From IMG/VR virus record IMGVR_UViG_3300033407_000005, positions 1-64,000 of that record: a DNA stretch of 64,000 nucleotides, one strand, 5' to 3'. Position numbers and translations under genes: made by a program. The stretch comes from a virus (lineage: Duplodnaviria > Caudoviricetes). Under the pieces are notes generated by a model. That model made no database searches, had not been told where the DNA came from, and saw only the letters and a list, made by a program, of their open reading frames with translations. Positions 17,183 through 25,483 of this stretch are shown here, one piece after another (within the stretch, counting starts at the first letter, position 1; every line of letters begins with the position of its first letter).

Positions 17183-17428
17183 CTATCGCCCCTCGCCCAG
17201 AGGGCGGATAAGCGACACGCCATCCGCCGCCGCCGCCGCCGCCTCGCCGAGATGCCGCGCCCGCGACAGCACCAGCGCGGTTTCCGGCTTACCCGGGAAC
17301 CGGGCACCGGTGCGCGGGCAGAACCGCCGGGTCTCGACCTCGCGCGCGACCCGCCAGCCGGCGGCTTCCAGCGCGGTCCCTTCCGACGGTGCGCGGGTGA
17401 TCCAGTCGCGCGGGGTCAAGCCGGCCAT
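17183..17428 (-). CDS. hypothetical protein, paralog of 16234..16500
   Basis: about 100 bp near-identical DNA. Confidence 0.55.
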   Translation of the reverse strand: MAGLTPRDWITRAPSEGTALEAAGWRVAREVETRRFCPRTGARFPGKPETALVLSRARHLGEAAAAAADGVSLIRPLGEGR

Positions 17429-17527
17429 CAGGCGGCCCTCCGCGCATGGCAGACCGGCTCAAAGCCAAGGGCCAGCAGCCGGTCGCGCTCGTCGGGGCTG
17501 AGGGGCGGCGGGTCGACGGGGAGGCGT

Positions 17528-18097
17528 TTACGCCGGCTCTGGGCCGCGGTTGCGAGGGCGATTGCGGCGCGGGCGACGCGGTGCAGCAGCCGGTCGTATG
17601 CCCTCAAGAGGATCGAGGAAGGCCAACTCCGCCCGCAACGCGTCGAGCTGGCGTTCCATGCGCGCGATTTCGGATTGCCGCGCCGCGACGGCGTAGCGCC
17701 GGATGGTTTCTCCTTCGTAGTATTCGACACGCCGGACCTCCCCGTACCACCAGTCCGCAACCCGCGATCGTGGCAGTCGCAGCACCCTGGCTGCGGCCGT
17801 GATCCGGTCGCTGACCTTGAGGCCGGGGGAGCGCCTCACAGTCCCTTTGACGAGCTCGCCCAAATCGGCGAGCAGAACCACCGCGTTAGCGGCGGGCAAC
17901 TTTCTTTGCTCGCGGAACGAAAATCCGGGCTCGCGGAATTCCGCGAGACCGGACGGGTTCGCCGTCAACCTTGGGGGGATTGACGACGAGGATACGAGCC
18001 ATGCCGCTGACCCGGCAATCGCGGCTCGGGGGGTCACCCCGGCCGCAATGCGACGACACGCTCGATGGATGGTGGCGGCACCCGTGTATGGAGCCAC
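17528..18097 (-). CDS. CII-like regulator (start uncertain)
   Basis: downstream of cro; RITAAARVLRLPRSRVADWWYGE HTH-like plus coiled coil. Confidence 0.55.
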   Translation of the reverse strand: MAPYTGAATIHRACRRIAAGVTPRAAIAGSAAWLVSSSSIPPRLTANPSGLAEFREPGFSFREQRKLPAANAVVLLADLGELVKGTVRRSPGLKVSDRITAAARVLRLPRSRVADWWYGEVRRVEYYEGETIRRYAVAARQSEIARMERQLDALRAELAFLDPLEGIRPAAAPRRPRRNRPRNRGPEPA

Positions 18098-18218
18098 GCG
18101 GTGCCGCCTCTCCCAGGGCTGCGATCAGGGTGCTAACCGGGGGAGAACTCGAGTGGCTGGCGAGAGAAAGGCTTGCGCCGCGCAGCTGGTCGAAATCTGA
18201 CTGGCTGGGGCTCGACAT

Positions 18219-18431
18219 CTATGCTGCCTTGTTGGATTCGGCGGGCGCGCAGAGCAACCGGTCATCCAGCGGTATCCCACGTTCTGCACATTCTTTCGCG
18301 AGACGATAATGCAGGCGCGCGGGAAAGCGATTGAACGATCGCCAGTTGCTGACGGCGCTGCTCCGCACCCCGAAGAGCGCCGCCACAGGACCATTGCCGC
18401 CCAACTTGTCGATGATCTCGCTCGCCGTCAT
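18219..18431 (-). CDS. cro: Cro-like repressor
   Basis: IIDKLGGNGPVAALFGVRSSAVSNW; divergent from cI. Confidence 0.85.
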   Translation of the reverse strand: MTASEIIDKLGGNGPVAALFGVRSSAVSNWRSFNRFPARLHYRLAKECAERGIPLDDRLLCAPAESNKAA

Positions 18432-18442
18432 GGGCTCGATAT

Positions 18443-18476
18443 TTCACGTATCCTGAATTATGTCAAGAGCCGTGAA
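18443..18476. promoter_or_regulatory. operator pair (OR-like) overlapping a minus-strand TTGACA
   Basis: TTCA-N7-TGAA 18443-18457; GTCA-N7-TGAA 18462-18476; TGTCAA 18461-18466. Confidence 0.7.
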
Positions 18477-18518
18477 CGTGAATTTTTTGCGGCGGGAGGC
18501 CAGGGCATTCTCGCAGGC

Positions 18519-18848
18519 ATGGTTCGAGCGTTGCCTTCCGAGCACACCCCCCAAGCCATCGCGCGGCGCCTCATACGAACGCGCGAGGCCTTGCGCCTTA
18601 CGCCGACCGAGATTTGCCGCCGCGCCGGTCTCGAAACCAACGCCTATAGCAATTGGGAGGGCGGTCTGCGGCCCGGCATCGACGGCGCGATTGCTCTTTG
18701 CCTTGCTTTCGGGCTTACCCTCGATTGGATTTATCTGGGCGACCCGTCCGGGCTACCCTACGAATTGGCGGTGAAACTGGCCAATCCCGGCGACACCCCG
18801 CCCCCTCCTCGGCGACGCGGGCGCCCAAGGGCCGCCCCGCTAAGCTGA
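18519..18848 (+). CDS. cI: CI-like XRE repressor without a peptidase domain (109 aa)
   Basis: RLIRTREALRLTPTEICRRAGL..YSNWEGG..LTLDWIYLG. Confidence 0.85.
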   Translation: MVRALPSEHTPQAIARRLIRTREALRLTPTEICRRAGLETNAYSNWEGGLRPGIDGAIALCLAFGLTLDWIYLGDPSGLPYELAVKLANPGDTPPPPRRRGRPRAAPLS

Positions 18849-18852
18849 CAAA

Positions 18853-18904
18853 TTCAATCAACGTGAAATTTCTCTTGTAAAACTTCAAAAGGCGTGAATA
18901 TAAT
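18853..18904 (+). promoter_or_regulatory. operator pair (OL-like) plus promoter
   Basis: TTCA-N7-TGAA at 18853-18867 and 18884-18898; TTGTAA-N18-TATAAT 18875-18904. Confidence 0.75.
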
Positions 18905-19001
18905 CCCCCCCACTCGCGAACAACCTCTCTCCTGGAGGTGATCATGCGGCCAGCACCCGGGAAAGCCGGGTGCACCGCTCGCGAGGGAGGGGAGGCCCGA
19001 C

Positions 19002-19592
19002 GTGCCAGACCAGATCCCGATCCGCGGCCAGGCGGCGGTGCCGCCCGGCACTCCGCTGCAGGGCCTGCGCCAGGCCGAGGGCGACCTCGCCGTGGCGCTC
19101 GCCGAGCTGCACGGCATCGTCGCGGCGATCGACGCCGCGGCCGACAAGGTGCGCTTCGCCCGGGCCGAGCTTGAGGCGGCAGCGCTGCCGCGGGTCGCCG
19201 CGGCCGAGGCCTGGGCCGAATACTGCGCCCGGGATCCACGCCGAGCTCCTGGCGGCGCCGCGGATCGCCGCGGAGGGCCGGTGATGCCGCACCCGTCCGT
19301 TCTCCCGGTCCGGGAGCCCGCCTCGTCAGATCAGATCCGGACAGCCGGAAGCCCCGCCCCGCGCTACACCGTCCGCATGCGACCCGCGGGGCTCGTCGTC
19401 TTCCCGGCATGGGTCCACGACGCGCGGCACCCCGACGACCCGGCCGGCGCCCCCTGCTGCTGGTGTCAGGATATCCGGGACGCCGAGCGCATCGCGGCCG
19501 GGCTGAACCGCGACGAGATGTACCGCGCGACGCTGGGGTTCCTGATCGTCGACGAGGCCGCCAAACCGCTTGACGCCGAGGCGGCGGCATGA
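19002..19592 (+). CDS. hypothetical protein (may be two genes)
   Basis: first ORF after promoter. Confidence 0.5.
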   Translation: MPDQIPIRGQAAVPPGTPLQGLRQAEGDLAVALAELHGIVAAIDAAADKVRFARAELEAAALPRVAAAEAWAEYCARDPRRAPGGAADRRGGPVMPHPSVLPVREPASSDQIRTAGSPAPRYTVRMRPAGLVVFPAWVHDARHPDDPAGAPCCWCQDIRDAERIAAGLNRDEMYRATLGFLIVDEAAKPLDAEAAA

Positions 19593-19885
19593 GGCTCGTA
19601 CCCGCGCGCCATCCGCCGCCCGCCAACTCCGATCGCGGTCTCGACGAGTACGACGCCCCGCCCGGCGAAGAGGCCGGCAGGGAGATGATCCGGCTCGACG
19701 ATCACCTGAGCCCCGACGCGGTGAAGGAGCGCCTGGCGCATCTCGACCGGATCGCGGCCGGCGGGGCGTTGCAGCCGCCGCGGCGCCGGCGCGAGCCGGC
19801 CTGGCACGGCTGGCTCGTCATGTGGGTGCTCTGGCCGATCGCCGCGCTTTGCGCGGTCGGGCTGATGGTTGGGGTGGTTGGGTGA
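19589..19885 (+). CDS. hypothetical membrane protein
   Basis: C-terminal transmembrane helix. Confidence 0.6.
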   Translation: MRLVPARHPPPANSDRGLDEYDAPPGEEAGREMIRLDDHLSPDAVKERLAHLDRIAAGGALQPPRRRREPAWHGWLVMWVLWPIAALCAVGLMVGVVG

Positions 19886-20454
19886 TGGAAACCCTGCCTC
19901 TCGACCACGTCGAGCAACCCAACCCGCCGCCACGTCCTACGCTGGCGGACGAGAGCGTGAGGCGTGCCGCCGCCGAGGCGCTCATGCCCGAGATCATTCG
20001 GTGGCTTGGTAAAGATTGGCAGGAAGCCGAGCGCGAGGACTACATCGAAGACTTGATGGAAGTCGCTCACGTATGGGACGGCTACCAGGCCGCGCGGCTG
20101 CTGGAAAGTCGCAGCCATTGGTCGCCCGATCAGGAGCTTGTCGAGATCCTCGGGGGCGCGGACGGACCGATGGCGGCCGATCGGGCTATCGAGGCGTGGG
20201 TCGCGGCCAACAACATCACCCCGAAACTGGCGATCGGAGACACCGTTCGAGCGCGACCCCGCGGCGGAATCGGCCCAATCGTCAACATAGACGCGGCTCA
20301 TGCAACCTATACCGTGGCGACCACCGATTTTTTTCGGGAATACCCGGATCAGGCAGGCAAAGGCGGCGGTATCGTCGTTGCGTTCGAGGACTGTGCCCTA
20401 GCCGCCACATCCGAGGCGCCCAACCCCCAAGACACCGGCGCCGAACCCCGATGA
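19885..20454 (+). CDS. hypothetical protein
   Basis: 189-aa coupled ORF. Confidence 0.7.
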   Translation: METLPLDHVEQPNPPPRPTLADESVRRAAAEALMPEIIRWLGKDWQEAEREDYIEDLMEVAHVWDGYQAARLLESRSHWSPDQELVEILGGADGPMAADRAIEAWVAANNITPKLAIGDTVRARPRGGIGPIVNIDAAHATYTVATTDFFREYPDQAGKGGGIVVAFEDCALAATSEAPNPQDTGAEPR

Positions 20455-20747
20455 ACCCAAATCCCCCAACCTTACGACGCGGCCAAGGGCATCTTTACGG
20501 TGCCGTCCTGACTGGCGGAAAAGAAGCTGCTGGATTGAGTGCCGGACAAGACGGTGAGTGTCCGAGGACAGCCACGGGTCAACTGAGCCCGTCAAGATGT
20601 CAAACAACCCCGTCCGCCGGTGGAGGGCCTTTGTGTGGCGTCTTCCCTTCTACCCTCGCGACCGGCACCCTTTTTCCCCCACAAGGACATTCCCCCATGC
20701 CCTTCCCCCAGACCGGGCATGCGGCTGTCGCTGGAGGAGGTGGCTTG

Positions 20748-21215
20748 ATGCGCACCAAACGGCTGTCGAAAGAGCAGAAGTTACAGCTCCCCGCAGTGCT
20801 GGCCGCAATCGGCGGCGCCGCGACTATCGACGAGCTGGAAGAGGCATTTCAGGCCGGGCATCGCGCGCTCGACGATCACCCGTTCTCGACGGCTTGGAAT
20901 GAACGCGGCAACGCGATGCGCGCCCGCGGTTGGGATTTGATTGAAGCTGATCCTCAAGGCCACCTGATCCCGCGCCTCGGCGAGCGCCATAAGTTGTCAG
21001 TCGCTGGCGAGACGACGCGCGTCGGGTACGGACATAACGCCGCCGGCGTGCGGTGGGTTTGGGCTGAAGCCGAAGCGTGGGCTATCGGGCACCTGAAATC
21101 GCATGGCGTCGCCGAAGAAACGGCCAAGACCGTCTGGGGATGGTGCTTTGAATATCCCCATCGCGCTCTAAAGGTTCTTCGCAGGCGAGTGAAAGAACCA
21201 TGCTTATCCGGTTGA
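20748..21215 (+). CDS. hypothetical protein; last codons and stop come from cassette A1 left end
   Basis: GGAGGAGG RBS; ends KEP|CLSG*. Confidence 0.65.
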   Translation: MRTKRLSKEQKLQLPAVLAAIGGAATIDELEEAFQAGHRALDDHPFSTAWNERGNAMRARGWDLIEADPQGHLIPRLGERHKLSVAGETTRVGYGHNAAGVRWVWAEAEAWAIGHLKSHGVAEETAKTVWGWCFEYPHRALKVLRRRVKEPCLSG

Positions 21216-21633
21216 CACCCACACTACCTCTAGGAGTTAGGAAATGTCCGAAACCCGCGAATTTCCGACAGCCGCCATCGCCTCGCTTTCGACAGGCACC
21301 TTGCTGTGCAAGTTCAGCGACATACACGAGGCCGCTGAGTATTTGATGGGCCACCCAATCTGGACGCATCAATTCGCCGATAAGCAGCTTTTCGCTGATA
21401 TGCGAGCGATGATCATCGAACAGTGCCCTGGAATGCCCGCGAGAGACGGCCAAATCACGCCTGAGAACTGGCGCGAGAAGCTCGCCGAGTTGGTCGCGGA
21501 ATTAGGCCCCACACAGACAATCCGCAAAGGGGCCGGGTTGACCGCGATGCTGCCGACTGACGGCATCCCAGAGCACGTCGAATTGCTCGTGGTCAATGTT
21601 CCTTAAGGGTGGGTAACAACCGGATGAAGCATG
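21199..21633 (+). mobile_element. non-autonomous IS1595-like cassette A1 (ISSod11-type ends)
   Basis: left end CATGCTTATCCGGTTGACACCCA, degenerate right end ..CAACCGGATGAAGCATG; 8-bp GAAAGAAC at 21191 and 21634. Confidence 0.8.
21244..21606 (+). CDS. hypothetical protein, cargo of A1
   Basis: AGGAG RBS, lower GC, fills the cassette. Confidence 0.75.
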   Translation: MSETREFPTAAIASLSTGTLLCKFSDIHEAAEYLMGHPIWTHQFADKQLFADMRAMIIEQCPGMPARDGQITPENWREKLAELVAELGPTQTIRKGAGLTAMLPTDGIPEHVELLVVNVP

Positions 21634-21641
21634 GAAAGAAC

Positions 21642-22233
21642 CATGCTTATCCGGTTGACACCCAAGAAACCTTATACCCACTACATCTAGGAGCGGCAAA
21701 TGAACGTCAAAAAGCTCTACGAAATCCTTCGCGAGACAACTGTCCAACTGCGCAAGGGTGAAGTTTACGAAGGGACGCCAGAGCTTGTGGAACAAGCCAA
21801 GCGTGGCGACGAATTGAAGGGCGGCGGCGTTCTTGAAGTCTACGCCATGCCTCATGTCGCCGATGCCAATCCCGACATCGAAAAGGTCGATCTCGAATTT
21901 CTCGTAATCGGCGTCAATAAGGCCATCGCTGAAACGCGTAAGGCCGAATTGATCGAAATTCTTAAGGATTATCCTCAACCGGAGCGCCTTGCGGGCGGCC
22001 CGTCCTACATCGAAGTCGGTGCAGAGATCGGCGATCAAGGCGCGGCCTTCCAACTTTTTGCGCTCGGGAAAGTGCTCGGGCTTTGGGACGTAATCACGCC
22101 CGCGACGATGGGATTCGCGGGCGCGGAAGCGCGCCAGATGGCAGGCAGCGGTTTTGTCATGATGACGGGCTTCAAAGTGGCGGCCTAGGGGTAGTGGGTA
22201 TGGGAGCGGTTGGGTGTCAACCGGATAAGCATG
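21642..22233 (+). mobile_element. non-autonomous IS1595-like cassette A2 (ISSod11-type ends)
   Basis: perfect 23-bp IR (21642-21664 / 22211-22233); GAAAGAAC at 21634 and 22234. Confidence 0.88.
21700..22188 (+). CDS. hypothetical protein, cargo of A2
   Basis: AGGAG RBS, lower GC. Confidence 0.8.
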   Translation: MNVKKLYEILRETTVQLRKGEVYEGTPELVEQAKRGDELKGGGVLEVYAMPHVADANPDIEKVDLEFLVIGVNKAIAETRKAELIEILKDYPQPERLAGGPSYIEVGAEIGDQGAAFQLFALGKVLGLWDVITPATMGFAGAEARQMAGSGFVMMTGFKVAA

Positions 22234-22243
22234 GAAAGAACCG

Positions 22244-22558
22244 ATGATGCTGAGCACGCTGGCGCCCCCGTTTCTCGCCGCCGCCTTCGTGCTCGCGGGG
22301 TCGCTCGACTACGACCCGCGGATCCTGACGCTTCGCTGGCCCGACGGCCACGAGGAGCGGATCGCCGCGACCTCGCCCGATACCTGTGCGACGGCGGTCC
22401 GGGCGGTCGGGCTCGCCATCTGGCCGGCCGGCCAGCCGCCGCCGGTCAGCGCGTCGTGCCGGCCCGGGAACGGGTTTGCCGCCGTGGACCGTCAGCCCAC
22501 GGACTTGATCCGTGGGGCCCATTGCATCCGCGGCTTCAACTGCGAGCACCCCCGCTGA
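22244..22558 (+). CDS. putative exported protein
   Basis: signal-like N-terminus; REP-like hairpin 22496-22516 in frame. Confidence 0.55.
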   Translation: MMLSTLAPPFLAAAFVLAGSLDYDPRILTLRWPDGHEERIAATSPDTCATAVRAVGLAIWPAGQPPPVSASCRPGNGFAAVDRQPTDLIRGAHCIRGFNCEHPR

Positions 22559-22587
22559 CATCCACGACCTGTCGCCAGGAAAGGAAG

Positions 22588-23103
22588 GGGAATTATATAG
22601 ATGACTTCCTCTGCCGAAATTTACGCCATTTCGCTCTGGCAGCCGTGGGCATCCCTGATCGCGATCGGGGCCAAGCCATTCGAGACGCGCGACTGGTTCC
22701 CGCCGAAGTGGCTTATCGGGAAGCGAATAGCGATCCATGCCGCAATCAAGGCGATGCCGCGAGACGCGGAGGATCAACACGATTTCACCGAGGCGTTCGG
22801 CGGCCGAGGGTGGCGGGCCGTCGTGCCGAAGGGCGCGATCGTATGCACGGCGATCCTCGCTGGCGCTTACCAATGCGGCCATTCTGACCGCGAGAGCGTG
22901 AACGTGGTCCGGGCGATAACAGGATCGCGGGCACTTAACCGCATCGCGCTCGATACGTTCGGGGACTATGCGCCCGATCGTGTCGCGTGGTGGCTGACGG
23001 ACATCGAGCCGCTTGATCCGCCCATCCCAGAAAAGGGGCATCAAGGTTTTTGGAAGTTGAACGGACTCCTGGCATGACGCAGGTAGTCAAGTATGTAATT
23101 CCC
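22588..23103 (+). mobile_element. non-autonomous IS1595-like cassette B1 (ISNwi1-type ends)
   Basis: 19-bp IR with 3 mismatches (22588-22606 / 23085-23103); AAAGGAAG at 22580 and 23104. Confidence 0.82.
22601..23077 (+). CDS. ASCH-domain protein, cargo of B1
   Basis: AISLWQPWASLIAIGAKPFETR, IAIHAA, GAIVC, P.KGHQGFW. Confidence 0.9.
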   Translation: MTSSAEIYAISLWQPWASLIAIGAKPFETRDWFPPKWLIGKRIAIHAAIKAMPRDAEDQHDFTEAFGGRGWRAVVPKGAIVCTAILAGAYQCGHSDRESVNVVRAITGSRALNRIALDTFGDYAPDRVAWWLTDIEPLDPPIPEKGHQGFWKLNGLLA

Positions 23104-23116
23104 AAAGGAAGCACCC

Positions 23117-23419
23117 ATGACCAAAGCCGACATGATCACATTGATCGCCGCCTACTGCGGCATTTCCTCCCGAGCGCGCGCCGGCGAGGCGCTCGATGCC
23201 ATCCTCCACGAGATCGCCGGTGAATTGGTCCTTGGCAGGCGGGTGATCCTGCCGCATGTCGGCATTCTGGTCGCCACCGGGCCGATCGGCGCCCGCAAGG
23301 GGCGCAATCCGCGCACCGGCGCGGCGATCGAGATAAAGGCCTGCCGGCGCATCCGGTTTCGCCCGACCAAGTTGCTGAAGGCGAGGCTCGGCGCAACCAT
23401 CCCGACGGCGGCGGAATAG
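23117..23419 (+). CDS. HU/IHF-family DNA-binding protein
   Basis: MTKADMI..RKGRNPRTGAAIEIKA..FRPTKLLK. Confidence 0.9.
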   Translation: MTKADMITLIAAYCGISSRARAGEALDAILHEIAGELVLGRRVILPHVGILVATGPIGARKGRNPRTGAAIEIKACRRIRFRPTKLLKARLGATIPTAAE

Positions 23420-23430
23420 AGGCCCGGCCG

Positions 23431-23868
23431 ATGCTGTCGCGGAGTCATAAACTGTTCCACGCGATCGAGGCGGTGCTCGACATCGCCTGCCACCACCCCG
23501 CCGCCGTGCGCTCGGCCGACATCGCAAAGCGCGCCGGGGTCGACGGCCGCTATCTCGAGCCGGCGCTGCAGGCGCTGGCGGCCCACAATATCCTCGCGAG
23601 CAAGCGGGGGCGCGCCGTCGGCGGCTACCGGCTGACCCGGCCGCCGGCCAAGGTGACGCTCGGCGAGGTGGTGCGCGCGATCCGCAGCCTCGATGCGCCG
23701 GTCGCCGATCCGGCAAAGAGCCCGCTCGCCCTCCTGGTGGTCGGCCCGGTGCTGCGCGAGATCGAGGACACCGAAAACCTCGCGCTCGACAGGATATCGT
23801 TCGAGATGCTGTGCCGGATCGCGCGAACAGCCGCGGCGCCGGCCGGCGATGCGGAGGAGGCGGCATGA
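23431..23868 (+). CDS. Rrf2-family transcriptional regulator
   Basis: YLEPALQAL..SKRGRAVGGYRLTRPPAKVTLGEVVRAI. Confidence 0.88.
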   Translation: MLSRSHKLFHAIEAVLDIACHHPAAVRSADIAKRAGVDGRYLEPALQALAAHNILASKRGRAVGGYRLTRPPAKVTLGEVVRAIRSLDAPVADPAKSPLALLVVGPVLREIEDTENLALDRISFEMLCRIARTAAAPAGDAEEAA

Positions 23869-24044
23869 CCCGAGATCAAAAAGCCCTCAAGCTGCGCCAC
23901 GTGACCGGCGTATCCGCAAAGGAAGCATTTCGTTTTCTGCTGTTGTACGAGGCCGTCAAAGACATTGAGGCCGAGGCTGCTGCTGCCGAACGGATCGCGC
24001 GAACAGCCGCGGCGCCGGCCGACGATGCGGAGGAGGCGGCATAA
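23865..24044 (+). CDS. hypothetical protein; C-terminus duplicates the Rrf2 C-terminus
   Basis: RIARTAAAPAxDAEEAA in both. Confidence 0.5.
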   Translation: MTRDQKALKLRHVTGVSAKEAFRFLLLYEAVKDIEAEAAAAERIARTAAAPADDAEEAA

Positions 24045-24046
24045 AA

Positions 24047-24922
24047 ATGGCGGAGCATCTGATCGACGGTGAGTTTCAGAGCGATAAATATCCGACGACG
24101 CCGCGCGGCAAGGTTCCGCTGTCGTGCAAAGACATGATGGCGCAAGACCTGCTTTGGGAATATGCGCAGCGTCGCCGAAAGATTGACGCCGACTTTTCGG
24201 CTGATCTTGAAGCCGCCCTTCGCGCCCAAGGCTATGTACCGCTCGATGAGCCGGTGCCGGCCCTCGATGCGAAGCATCAGCAGGTGTCCGACCAGTGCCG
24301 CGCGGTCGCGCACATCGCCAAAACCATCAGCGAGGTGCATGGCGATCTCGCCAAGACTTATGCGCACCACGGCCCCGAAGCACATATGGACTTTGTTGGT
24401 CGTTTAACCGCCGAGCGCATGGAGGTGCTCGGTGATATGGCGAACGGTATGGACATCGTTCAGCCCGAAGATGAATGGCTGAACCCGATCTTTGAAGGCG
24501 TGCCCGCGCTACCAATGGACCCCGCCATGACCGGCCGCTTCGACGCCAAAACCGCCTTCGCCGCATTGTCGCCCGACGAGCAGCGCAGCATCGGCGAGGC
24601 CGGTCTCCTCCTCGCCTATTGCATCGACCGCAAGGAATTTCTGGACCCGCCCGGCCGCGCCAAGCCGGTACCCCGGACCGATCTCTACCGTGCCTTCGAG
24701 ACCGCCGAGAGCGAGGCCTACGAGTTGCTGCTCGACGCGGCGCGCGCCTGCGAGCTGCCGGAATTCGACGCATCGCCGCCGGCGCCGCCCGGCCTCGCAA
24801 TCTTCGGCATCGCGCAATGCGCGGTCTGCGGCTGCACCGAGGCGCACGCCTGCCCGGAAGGCTGCGGCTGGGCAACCGAGGCGCGGGATCTGTGCACGCG
24901 CTGCGCCGCAGCGGCGCATTGA
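24047..24922 (+). CDS. composite hypothetical protein with C-terminal Cys cluster
   Basis: CAVCGCTEAHACPEGCGW..LCTRC. Confidence 0.65.
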   Translation: MAEHLIDGEFQSDKYPTTPRGKVPLSCKDMMAQDLLWEYAQRRRKIDADFSADLEAALRAQGYVPLDEPVPALDAKHQQVSDQCRAVAHIAKTISEVHGDLAKTYAHHGPEAHMDFVGRLTAERMEVLGDMANGMDIVQPEDEWLNPIFEGVPALPMDPAMTGRFDAKTAFAALSPDEQRSIGEAGLLLAYCIDRKEFLDPPGRAKPVPRTDLYRAFETAESEAYELLLDAARACELPEFDASPPAPPGLAIFGIAQCAVCGCTEAHACPEGCGWATEARDLCTRCAAAAH

Positions 24923-24930
24923 CACTGAAG

Positions 24931-24946
24931 CATGCTTATCCGGTTG
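24931..24946 (+). mobile_element. solo family-A end
   Basis: CATGCTTATCCGGTTG; no partner found. Confidence 0.6.
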
Positions 24947-24963
24947 TCGCTCAACGAGGCTAG

Positions 24964-25455
24964 ATGTTGATGACCAAAAAAGCACGACAATCTCTCATTG
25001 ATTTCCTGCTGGCGTGTGCCCATCGGCGGGTTGATGCGCGGGCGGCGGTTACTCCGTGCTTCTATTACGAGTGTCGCGAGTGCGGCGGCTCTGATCTAAA
25101 CCGAGAAGATTTGCACGTCCGACCGACGCTCGCTGGGGTGACGCACAGGCCCAACTGTCTTGTCGGGCAGTACCGCGCTATCGCAGAGAATGACATGCTC
25201 ACCACGGAAGCAAACACACAACTGATCGCGGAACGCGATGCGATGAAGGGGCTGATGAAGAGACGAGCAGTTTTCATTCTTGGACTGTTGTGGAATGCGG
25301 CCAAGAAGCAGGAAGCGATTGAGAGAGAAGTCGCCGGGGAGCGGGAGGCGCGGCACAAACTAGAAGCCGCACTCACCGGGAAAGACAAAGCGATGGGCGT
25401 GCTGTTCGAGCGGCTGACAGCTGCGGGCGTCGATTGCTCCGACCTGATCCCATAG
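24964..25455 (+). CDS. hypothetical protein (Zn-ribbon plus coiled coil)
   Basis: YECRECGG; lower GC. Confidence 0.6.
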   Translation: MLMTKKARQSLIDFLLACAHRRVDARAAVTPCFYYECRECGGSDLNREDLHVRPTLAGVTHRPNCLVGQYRAIAENDMLTTEANTQLIAERDAMKGLMKRRAVFILGLLWNAAKKQEAIEREVAGEREARHKLEAALTGKDKAMGVLFERLTAAGVDCSDLIP

Positions 25456-25483
25456 ACCTGCGCCCTGCGCCGTATCCGAGGGG

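Noticed and set aside
21212-21690. TTGACA in family-A ends as outward or inward promoters
   Set aside because: No -10 box at acceptable spacing was found.
21191-22241. Integron-type attC array
   Set aside because: No GTTRRRY cores or integron integrase; the IR plus 8-bp duplication pattern fits transposition better.
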